A stretch of DNA of 64,000 nt from Methylocystaceae bacterium. GTDB taxonomy: Bacteria; Pseudomonadota; Alphaproteobacteria; Rhizobiales; Beijerinckiaceae. The notes under the pieces were generated by a model. That model saw only the letters and a list, made by a program, of their open reading frames with translations. It ran no database searches and was not told where the DNA came from. The stretch covers positions 5,552 through 69,551 of the forward strand of contig BJGJ01000003.1 of assembly GCA_014190435.1 (NCBI GenBank). Direction: 5' to 3'. Positions 47,301 to 55,900 of this stretch are shown in pieces; the first letter of the stretch is position 1; every line of letters begins with the position of its first letter. The position numbers and the translations under genes were made by a program.

Positions 47301-48493
47301 GCCCATGCATCCTGTATCTTTGATTGATCGACACTGCCGTCGTCTAATTTATTGACAAGAAACTTATCGTAGATGCGGTGAATTTTATCTATTTTTCCGC
47401 CAAACATTTCTATCGGCCGTCGCATCGACATATTGTCTTCCAAAACCCAGCCTGCCTCAAGATGCTGGATCGACAGAGAAGCGCCGCGTCGCTTCATTTC
47501 TTCAAACATTGACATCAAAATAGCCCCGCCCGTAGCGCTATTTTGCAAGGCTTTTCTCGTACCAAGAAGCACAATCCGGGCGGATTTGAATTTATGCTTA
47601 CGCATACTGGAAATAATGCGCACCAGGCCAAAAGGGAAGAGATGGCCCTGGAGATCTGAAAAGATTTCAAACAGATTAGGCAGGGCGATGACAAACGACT
47701 GAGGTTTACCATCCAGCTCTGCGACGATGCCAAAGTCAGGAGGCATGACAAATTTTAGTGCATCCGCGGTTGAGTCAAATTCTGCTTTTGTGAAGGGAAC
47801 ATAGCCCCAATTCCCACGCCAGCTATCGTTAAATAATTCTTCTAAAATTGGCGTTTCTTTAGTTTTGATCTCGGCCATATTCAAAGGGCGTAGGGTTAAG
47901 CGCTCACGCCATTCTTTTCGGCTAGAAACTCTGGGTTTTTCATCCAGATCATGCTCGGCGACAGTAATTTTATATGAAATGAGGTCGCGCGCTTTGGCGT
48001 ATCCCAGCGCATCCAAATGTTGTGAGAGATAGGGCGGGTGCCAGGGCATAAAAATCATCGGGGTGGCGTCAAATCCTTGGACAAGCACGCCGCATTCTCC
48101 GTTGATCGAGGGGGAAAAAGGCCCAGTAACGCGATCAGCCCCTTTTTCTCGCAGCCAGTTTTCGGCCGCCGTCAATAAAGCATGCGTAACATCGATATCG
48201 TCAATGACGTCTAATGCGCCAAATTGACACGGACTAGCTCCAATTGGCGAAATTCCTGATTTATAAACTTGCGCGCTAATGCGGCCGACCCATTGGCTAT
48301 TGCTACGCGCTAGAAACTTTTGCTCTTCAACGAGTTTGTAATGCGGATTTAATCGGTGTGAAAATAGCGTCCAGCGCTCAAGATCAATTGGAGGTGAAAA
48401 TCCCCGCATATCTTTGTAGAGCTGGCGAGGAAGTCTGCAGAAGGTTGCAAAGCGTCGAAGGCCATTAACGGGAAGAATGTCTATTTGCGCCAT
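47297..48493 (-). CDS. Bacterial ceramide synthase-like GNAT protein (bCerS family)
   Basis: VGRISAQ, AENWLR.KG...V.GPF..SINGECG.LV.GFD..PM..M.W.PPY, FNDSW..NWGYVP, WVLEDN..M, HRIYDK. Confidence 0.82.
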   Translation of the reverse strand: MAQIDILPVNGLRRFATFCRLPRQLYKDMRGFSPPIDLERWTLFSHRLNPHYKLVEEQKFLARSNSQWVGRISAQVYKSGISPIGASPCQFGALDVIDDIDVTHALLTAAENWLREKGADRVTGPFSPSINGECGVLVQGFDATPMIFMPWHPPYLSQHLDALGYAKARDLISYKITVAEHDLDEKPRVSSRKEWRERLTLRPLNMAEIKTKETPILEELFNDSWRGNWGYVPFTKAEFDSTADALKFVMPPDFGIVAELDGKPQSFVIALPNLFEIFSDLQGHLFPFGLVRIISSMRKHKFKSARIVLLGTRKALQNSATGGAILMSMFEEMKRRGASLSIQHLEAGWVLEDNMSMRRPIEMFGGKIDKIHRIYDKFLVNKLDDGSVDQSKIQDAWA

Positions 48494-48532
48494 ATTTTTA
48501 GTCCTAGCGGGCCTGAGCCATTGCTAAAATCC

Positions 48533-49819
48533 CTAAAGCGACGCGGAAGTTGTTTCGATATCAGGCGTGGCTGATTTTCTGACTGATCCAGCCATTGCAG
48601 CGGCGACAATTCTTTGCGCTTCTTCGCTAACAGGCGGAATCTGTTTCAAACACTGAATAACGCCGCGGATTTCAGCTTCGGTGTGATTTGCTGAAAAGAA
48701 GAAGCGCAGACGCGGTCCATCTTTAGGAACGCCAATTCTAACAACCGGCGGGACATAATAGCCGTCTTCGAGAAGATGCTGAGCCGCCCACATCGTTTCG
48801 ATATCGCTATCAAAAAGTATTGGCACAACGCCGCGGCCAATCGCTGGTCCGGTAGAAAATCCATATTCATGCGCAACAGTACGAAACAGTTCGGCATTGG
48901 CGGCAAGTTTTTCAATGCGCCAGGTTTCTTCTTGCATCAATCTTAACGCTGTGCGCGCTGCTGTGAGGATGACGGGTGATAGGCCTACGCTATAGACGAA
49001 GCCAGGTAGGGTAAAACGAAGGTAATCAATGACACTTTTTTTCGCACAAACATAACCACCGCAAGTTGCCAGTGATTTTGATAACGTGCCAACCACAAGA
49101 TCAATGCGCCCAGCGTCGACGCCTTGATGCTCTGCAAGGCCTCTCCCTGTTGCGCCAAGCACGCCAAGAGAATGCGCTTCATCGACAAGCAACCAAACGC
49201 CGTAGCGATCGCGAATATCTAGCAGCCTTGGGAGATCAGCGGTGTCGCCATCCATGCTGTAGACACCTTCAACAACGATCAAAACATTGCGATAGTCTTC
49301 ACGTTTTTTGTGTAAGAGATGCTCCAGATGATCAAGGTCGTTATGTCGAAATTTAATAACCTCTGCAACTGCGCCATCCGTTCCAGCAACAATACTGTTG
49401 TGCGCGAGTTCATCAATAAAAATGGCGTCCTTTTTGCCATTCATCAGCCAAGCGATTGTCGTGACATTTGCAAGATAGCCTGAAACAAGCGTCAGCGCGC
49501 TTTCCATGCCGATAAATTTAGCGATCTCTGCTTCAAATTTCTTGTGCGTTGAGCGTTCACCGCCAACAAGTCTTGAGGCCAGGGCGCCGATCCCAAGATC
49601 ATCGATCTCGCGTTTTGCTTCCGCTTTAATCAAGGGATGGGTGGCAAGACCGAGATAATCATAATTGGCGAAGCTAACGAGATTTTTACCCTGCATAGCA
49701 AGTTCAGCGCGCAATTTATCAAGCTGAGCAAAAAAAGGATCGTTCAGTTCTAAAAGGGCACTGCCAGCAAAACGGAACCGTCGCGTGGTAAAATCAGAAA
49801 GGCTCTTATGTCTCGTCAC
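48533..49819 (-). CDS. PLP-dependent alpha-oxoamine synthase, putative serine palmitoyltransferase
   Basis: FANYDYLGL, ASRLVGG, AHNS, EGVYSMDGD, DEAHSLG, PLP lysine in GTLSKS; probable GTG start at 49819 with GGGGA upstream. Confidence 0.8.
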   Translation of the reverse strand: MTRHKSLSDFTTRRFRFAGSALLELNDPFFAQLDKLRAELAMQGKNLVSFANYDYLGLATHPLIKAEAKREIDDLGIGALASRLVGGERSTHKKFEAEIAKFIGMESALTLVSGYLANVTTIAWLMNGKKDAIFIDELAHNSIVAGTDGAVAEVIKFRHNDLDHLEHLLHKKREDYRNVLIVVEGVYSMDGDTADLPRLLDIRDRYGVWLLVDEAHSLGVLGATGRGLAEHQGVDAGRIDLVVGTLSKSLATCGGYVCAKKSVIDYLRFTLPGFVYSVGLSPVILTAARTALRLMQEETWRIEKLAANAELFRTVAHEYGFSTGPAIGRGVVPILFDSDIETMWAAQHLLEDGYYVPPVVRIGVPKDGPRLRFFFSANHTEAEIRGVIQCLKQIPPVSEEAQRIVAAAMAGSVRKSATPDIETTSASL

Positions 49820-50006
49820 GGAATGTGTAATCCCCGCTTGGTCGAACGCTGCTTGGCGTCCGCAATAAGATAAACCGCGCCACGATATAGCGGCACCCAA
49901 GGAATCATCGTGTTGCTTACCATCCTCGCAGCAGGGATGCCAGTATGAGACAGTCCTTTCGGAGGGCTATGGCGCTTAGTCCCAGCATTCTCTATTGGGT
50001 TTTTAT

Positions 50007-50666
50007 ATGAACATTTCGTTTTCAACGCCATATGACGCCTCCAAAGACTGCTCGCAGCCCCTGCGCCTTTGCGTGGAGGGTCTCTCCGTGCAGCGCGCGG
50101 GGCGGCGAATAATAGATAATATTGGCTTCATGCTTGCGGAAGGCGAGGCCTTGGTGGTGAGTGGGCGGAATGGAGCTGGAAAATCAACTCTTTTACGCGC
50201 TCTTGCCGGGCTGCTTCCTCCGTCAAAGGGCGCAATCAGCCTCACCAGCGGGGCCTCAGAGGTCGAGTTAGCGCAAAATACGCATTACCTCGCGCATGCG
50301 GATGGAATGAAATTAGCCCTGAGCGTCGAAGAAAACTTAAATTTTTGGGCCAATTATCTAGTCGGCGCGCCAGATCCGCGCAGCCTATCCATTCCTCAGG
50401 CGCTTTCCATCGTGGGATTAACGCATGCCCTGCGCGCCCCATTTGGCGCGCTTTCGGCAGGTCAAAAACGTCGCGCTGCCTTAGCGCGTCTCCTCGTCGT
50501 TTATCGTCCGCTTTGGCTGCTCGACGAGCCAATGACCGCTTTGGATCAGGCTTCTCGCGCGCGCTTTGCTCAAGCAATGCGCGCGTATGGCGCTCAAGGC
50601 GGACTGATCGTCGTCGCAACGCATGAGCCGTTAGGTTTTAATACGGCTCAGGAACTCGTACTATGA
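50007..50666 (+). CDS. ccmA: Heme ABC exporter ATP-binding protein
   Basis: GRNGAGKS, LSAGQKRR, PLWLLDEP; start uncertain. Confidence 0.93.
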   Translation: MNISFSTPYDASKDCSQPLRLCVEGLSVQRAGRRIIDNIGFMLAEGEALVVSGRNGAGKSTLLRALAGLLPPSKGAISLTSGASEVELAQNTHYLAHADGMKLALSVEENLNFWANYLVGAPDPRSLSIPQALSIVGLTHALRAPFGALSAGQKRRAALARLLVVYRPLWLLDEPMTALDQASRARFAQAMRAYGAQGGLIVVATHEPLGFNTAQELVL

Positions 50667-51346
50667 CGCGCCGATCGATCGCGCCGCTCTGGTCTCTTTT
50701 TCTTCGCGAGTGGCGTGTAGCGCGGCGTATCGGCGGCTCAGGAGCAATGGGCGTCGTTTTTTTTCTAACATTTGTAACACTGGTGCCTTTTGCGATTGGC
50801 CCAGATCCCAATATGCTTGCGCGCATCGGTCCAGCAATTTTATGGATTGCCGCCTTAATGGCGTGTTTGCTGTCGTTTGATCGCTTGTTCCAAGCAGATG
50901 CAGAAGATGGTTCTCTCGATTTACTGCATCTGGGCAGCTCTCCTTTGGAGCTCGTTGTAATAATTAAATGTCTTGCGCATTGGGCGGCGAGTGGGTTGCC
51001 GCTCATTATTGCAGCGCCCTTTTTAGGTCTCATGCTGCAGCAAGAGCCGATTGCGCTTGGCGGCGTTGTTGCGACACTTTTGGTAGGCACGCCAGCCTTA
51101 ACGCTGATTGGCGGTATTGGTGCCGCAGCGACGGTGACGGTTCGTCGAGGCGGATTATTGATGGCGTTGCTTGTACTACCTTTGACAATTCCGATTTTGA
51201 TTTTTGGCGTATCCGCCGCGGAAGCAGCAAGCGGCGGCAGTATTCCGTTCCTGTCGCCTTTTCTTATTCTGTGCGCAATGACCCTCGCTGCTTTTGCGCT
51301 CTGTCCTTTTGCCGCTGCTGCTGCGCTGCGTTACCTTGGCGAGTAA
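50663..51346 (+). CDS. ccmB: Heme exporter membrane protein
   Basis: PFAIGPD, DAEDGSLD, LVLPL.IPILIFG. Confidence 0.94.
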   Translation: MTRRSIAPLWSLFLREWRVARRIGGSGAMGVVFFLTFVTLVPFAIGPDPNMLARIGPAILWIAALMACLLSFDRLFQADAEDGSLDLLHLGSSPLELVVIIKCLAHWAASGLPLIIAAPFLGLMLQQEPIALGGVVATLLVGTPALTLIGGIGAAATVTVRRGGLLMALLVLPLTIPILIFGVSAAEAASGGSIPFLSPFLILCAMTLAAFALCPFAAAAALRYLGE

Positions 51347-51391
51347 CGCATTGGCGTCACCAGAGATTAATTCTTAACGCTCAACGTAGGA

Positions 51392-53800
51392 TCAATAAAG
51401 TCCGCCTGTTCCGCTGCCAACTTGCTGGTCAACATCATGGGGCGTATCGAGTTCACGCGGTCCGCTCTGGCCTTCTGAGATGGCGTCAGGCGGCGCGGTG
51501 CCAGGTTTAAAGGCTTCTAGAATTGATCCTGGTCCCGATGAGCGCAAGCCAGAGTGCGCATCAACAGAAATGAGTTTGATGCCTGGAGGAACGCGGAAAG
51601 GCGTATCGGCTTTATCTTTTAGCGCAACAGTCATGAAGTCACGGAAAATAGGTGCCGTGTAAAGCGCAGCTTGCGCATGACTGCCTAGTGAACGCGGACG
51701 ATCATAGCCAATATAAACGCCAACGCATAAATCCGGTGAATAACCAACAAACCACAAATCTTTTGCCTCATTGGTTGTACCAGTTTTGCCAGCAAGATGT
51801 TTGCCCACAGCTTTGATGGATACGCCTGTGCCGCGCTGAATCACGCCTTCCATAATTGAAGTGATTTGATAGGCGGTCAGCGGATCTAAAACTTGTTCGC
51901 GCTTATCAATGAGTTTTGGTTCAAGCTGGTTGTCCCATTTTTCCGCATCGCAGCCTAGACATTCGCGCTCGTCGTGACGAAAGGTCGTCTTGCCGTAACG
52001 ATCTTGTATGCGATCAATCAATGTTGATTTTACGCGTTTGCCGCCATTAGCCAGCATGGAATATCCCGTAACCATCTTCATCAAGGTTGTTTCGCCTGCG
52101 CCAAGCGCCATGGAAAGATAAGGCGTCATGTTGTCGTAAATGCCAAATCTTTTGGCATATTCAGCAATGAGTGGCATACCGACATCATTGGCAAGACGAA
52201 CTGTCATCATGTTTTTTGAATGTTCGACGCCATGACGTAAAGGATGTGCGCCCGTCCCCTGTCCGCCCTCAAAGTTTTCCGGGGTCCAATATGTGCCGTC
52301 AGACTGCTGAATGGATATTGGCTCATCAAGGATAGACGAAGAGGGTGTGTAGCCATTGTCGAGCGCTGTTGCGTAAACGAAGGGCTTGAAAGAAGATCCA
52401 GGCTGACGGAGCGCTTGAGTTGCGCGATTAAAGGATGATTGGTCGAAAGAAAATCCGCCAACCATAGAAAACACGCGGCCGGTGTAGGGGTCCATCGCCA
52501 CCATTGCGCCAGAGATCTCTGGGATCTGACGCAAGCGATAGTTTCCCGCACGCGTTGCGAGCGGTTCAACATAAATAACATCGCCAACTGTAAAGGCGCT
52601 TTTGGGATTGCGGCCTGTCCAGCGCATGCCTTCTGCGCTTAACACGCCTGTTTCTCGATCAGGAGAAACGTCACCAGATTTTTCGCGGCCAGGTTGCAGG
52701 CCAATACGCGCGCCAGAGTCGTTTAGCTCGAGAATAACAGCGAGGCGCCATGGGCGAACATCGCCAAGCGCAGGAACAGCGGCAAGCGCTACACCCCAAT
52801 CAGACGAGATATCGACGTGATAAACAGCGCCGCGAAAACCATGTGCTTCATCGAAACGAACAAGACCATCTGCCAGCGCTTTGCGTGTGAATGCTTGAAT
52901 TTTTGGATCAAGCGTCGTTCTGACTGTTAGGCCGCCCTCGTATAAATTTTTCTCACCGAAACGTTCTGATAATTCTCGACGTACTTCTTCAGCAAAATAA
53001 CCAGCGACATAGGTATTAGGCGATAACACGCGCGGATTAACGCCAAGCGGTTCGCTTTTCGCTTTTGCTGCTTCTGCCGCCATTACGAAGCCATCAGCTT
53101 CCATCCGGTCAATCACATAGTTGCGTCTTTCAGTTGCGCGTTCGCGCTGTTGAAAGGGATGATAATTATTTGGACCTTTTGGCAGAGCGGCAAGATAGGC
53201 AGCCTCCGCAAGCGTTAATTCATTAACGGATTTATTGAAATAATTGAGCGCTGCAGCAGCTACTCCGTAGTTTCCAAGCCCTAGATAAATCTCGTTTAAA
53301 TAGAGTTCGAGAATATGCTCTTTCGTGTAAGCACCTTCTATGCGTAACGAGATAAGCGCTTCACGAATTTTACGATCAAAAGAGCGTTCATTACCGACGA
53401 GAAAGTTTTTTGCCACTTGTTGCGTGATCGTTGACGCACCTTGAACATGGCGACTGCCTTCCGCCAGGACCATGACAGCGCGCAGCACGCCTTCTGGATC
53501 AATGCCGGTATGTGAGTAGAAATTTTTATCTTCTGCTGAAATGAACGCTTGTTTTACAAGCTGGGGGATTGCAGAGTTTGGTAAAAACAAACGGCGTTCA
53601 TGTGAATATTCTGCAAGAATCGAGCCGTCGCTGGCGTGTAAGCGCGTTGTGACAGGCGGCTCATATTTTTGAAGCGTGGCTGTGTCAGGCAGATCCTTAG
53701 AATAGTAAAAGATCAATCCGGCAACGCCAACGGCGGCGATCAAAAATAGGATCGCGCCGGTTGCAAAGATAAAGCCAATAAACCTTGCCAGCATCCGCAT
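51392..53800 (-). CDS. mrcA: Penicillin-binding protein 1A
   Basis: EDKNF, GASTITQQVAKN, LYLNEIY; transpeptidase SSFK, SKN, GKTGT. Confidence 0.95.
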   Translation of the reverse strand: MRMLARFIGFIFATGAILFLIAAVGVAGLIFYYSKDLPDTATLQKYEPPVTTRLHASDGSILAEYSHERRLFLPNSAIPQLVKQAFISAEDKNFYSHTGIDPEGVLRAVMVLAEGSRHVQGASTITQQVAKNFLVGNERSFDRKIREALISLRIEGAYTKEHILELYLNEIYLGLGNYGVAAAALNYFNKSVNELTLAEAAYLAALPKGPNNYHPFQQRERATERRNYVIDRMEADGFVMAAEAAKAKSEPLGVNPRVLSPNTYVAGYFAEEVRRELSERFGEKNLYEGGLTVRTTLDPKIQAFTRKALADGLVRFDEAHGFRGAVYHVDISSDWGVALAAVPALGDVRPWRLAVILELNDSGARIGLQPGREKSGDVSPDRETGVLSAEGMRWTGRNPKSAFTVGDVIYVEPLATRAGNYRLRQIPEISGAMVAMDPYTGRVFSMVGGFSFDQSSFNRATQALRQPGSSFKPFVYATALDNGYTPSSSILDEPISIQQSDGTYWTPENFEGGQGTGAHPLRHGVEHSKNMMTVRLANDVGMPLIAEYAKRFGIYDNMTPYLSMALGAGETTLMKMVTGYSMLANGGKRVKSTLIDRIQDRYGKTTFRHDERECLGCDAEKWDNQLEPKLIDKREQVLDPLTAYQITSIMEGVIQRGTGVSIKAVGKHLAGKTGTTNEAKDLWFVGYSPDLCVGVYIGYDRPRSLGSHAQAALYTAPIFRDFMTVALKDKADTPFRVPPGIKLISVDAHSGLRSSGPGSILEAFKPGTAPPDAISEGQSGPRELDTPHDVDQQVGSGTGGLY

Positions 53801-53949
53801 GAAGCTTCTTCCTCATCGCTTTGGACTCACTCCGCGCCCGCCGCTGATATGGGGTGTGATCCTCCAGTATTTTTAGGTTCGGGAGGAATTTAACGCGTCT
53901 AGCCAGTTGATCTGGCTTTGTCGTTAACCAATTGGCGGCATTTTGTGTT

Positions 53950-55281
53950 TTATTCGGGGCGCGGGACTTTAGCGCGCTCGCCCTCGCCAGGCTGACTGGC
54001 GTTTGAGCGAGTTTGGAAAAATACTTTTATGGCCTCCGCGAGCTTCGTGGCAGCCTGTTCGCGCCATTGCGGCGAGGTCAATCGAGATAAATCTTTTTCA
54101 CTAGAAAGATAGCCTAGCTCTAGTAAAACAGAAGGCACGTCTTGCGCCTTCAACACAACAAATCCAGCGGAGCGGGTAGGATTCTTGTTAAGACTTCCAG
54201 CATCTTTCCATTTAGAAATCAGTGTTTTAGAAAACTCTCGGCTATAGGCGTGGGTCTCTCTTCTTGTTAGTTCCAACAGGATGTCGTCGACTTCTTCCGC
54301 CTCCGCCTTACCCTCTAGACCTGCAGCTTGATCTGCGAGATTTTCCTTTTCGGCAATACGAGCGGCTTCGGCGTCTGAGGCCCGGGCAGATAGAGTGTAC
54401 ACAGTCGCGCCCTCGACACTTGGGGCGCCCAGCGTGTCTGCGTGAATAGAGAGAAACAATGCCGCGTTGTTCTCTCGCGCGCGTCGAACTCTCTCAGCAA
54501 GAGGTAGGAAAATATCCCCCTCGCGCGTCAACACCGCGTGAAACAGGCCTTCCGCTTCAATTTTTGTCTGTAGAACGCGAGCAAATTCAAAGACAATCGT
54601 CTTCTCCTGCTCGCCATGCTTGCCTAAGGCGCCAATATCGACCCCGCCATGACCAGGATCGATGACGATAACAGCCTTACCGGCTGCACGAAGTGAGGCG
54701 GGATTACTCGAGAGGGGAGGCGGAGTATCAGGCGGACTATCAGGCGGCGTGGCTGCAGCGGTGGAGGCGGCCGACGCAAAATGAGCCGCATCCGTTGGCG
54801 CGAGTTCAATAATTAGTCGCGATCCGTCTTTTGTGCGGTCAACCCGCGTCGCAACAATGGCTGCTGGTCGAGCCAGATCAATAATAATCCGTGAACGCCC
54901 GGGAGCAAAAAGCCCAAAGCGAAATGATTTGATTAATTTAGAAAAATTTATGCTGCGCCCTGCGGAAGGGTCAAGGCGAAACTCTAAGTCTGCAATGTCT
55001 ACAACAATACGATCTGGATCTAAGAGGGGGCGTGCAGAGATTTTTACCGGCGCTGTAAGGTCAAAGATCAGCCGTTCTTGTCCATTTTCAGACTCTATTC
55101 GGCTTCCCAGCGCGATCGCTGGCTTCGCCAGCGCACTGGAGAATAAGCCAAGATCTAAGGCCAAGGACACCGCGGCCATCGCGCAGAGCAAAGCGCATGT
55201 GTAGAATCGCCTTGCGGCGCTGTTGAGCAGAGGAAGTGAATCAACGGACATTCCTCTAACTCTTAGCCTGTTTTCAGACAT
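53950..55281 (-). CDS. amiC: N-acetylmuramoyl-L-alanine amidase (AMIN + Amidase_3); start approximate
   Basis: IDPGHGG.D.GA, LSIHAD, SAGFVVLK, SVLLELGY. Confidence 0.88.
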   Translation of the reverse strand: MSENRLRVRGMSVDSLPLLNSAARRFYTCALLCAMAAVSLALDLGLFSSALAKPAIALGSRIESENGQERLIFDLTAPVKISARPLLDPDRIVVDIADLEFRLDPSAGRSINFSKLIKSFRFGLFAPGRSRIIIDLARPAAIVATRVDRTKDGSRLIIELAPTDAAHFASAASTAAATPPDSPPDTPPPLSSNPASLRAAGKAVIVIDPGHGGVDIGALGKHGEQEKTIVFEFARVLQTKIEAEGLFHAVLTREGDIFLPLAERVRRARENNAALFLSIHADTLGAPSVEGATVYTLSARASDAEAARIAEKENLADQAAGLEGKAEAEEVDDILLELTRRETHAYSREFSKTLISKWKDAGSLNKNPTRSAGFVVLKAQDVPSVLLELGYLSSEKDLSRLTSPQWREQAATKLAEAIKVFFQTRSNASQPGEGERAKVPRPE

Positions 55282-55900
55282 TTTAATGTCTGGGCGTGGT
55301 GGCCTTCTGACGGGGCGCGCTTGCGCCCTCGGCGCAGGCTCGTTACAAATATTATGCGCTTTATGGAATTGCGCGCGATTTGCGGCTTGATAATCTAGAT
55401 TATTGAGTTGAAACAGTGCAATAGCTCTGCGGAACAAATCAAAGCAATCCAAAATGATTGGGCGCGTATCATGATTAGCCTCGGCTAAACACGATATGAG
55501 GGTAGTGCGAATATGCGCTGCAGAAGGTTATTTGACGATCTCATGGCCATGACCATGAAAAGTTGTGTGGCGGTATTGGAATCCCGGCGCGGAGCGCGCG
55601 GGAGTTCAACAGGCCGCGTGCGCATACTTGGTCGTCTTTTCCTGAGGATGTGCCGGTTTCCGACCAAACCTCAGCCTGCCTGCTCAGCCCCGTGCCCTTT
55701 ATGGACGCAAGACCAAAGAAATTTATTCGCTGGCGGCCCTGCTGCTGGCTCTCCGCATCAAGGCTCTCAGCCTGTTACCTTTCCTCTGACAATAAGCGCC
55801 CGCCGCGTCAGCTCGCGCCGTCTCGTGTTCATTGCGTCCCTTAGGGGACGACGGACCGCTTGGCCGCCGCCGACCCCAGCCGCGCTGCAAAGAGTTATCC

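Noticed and set aside
48533-49819. Annotation as bioF (8-amino-7-oxononanoate synthase)
   Set aside because: Same fold, but no bio genes are nearby and the three downstream genes are all sphingolipid-type. Less likely, though not formally excluded.
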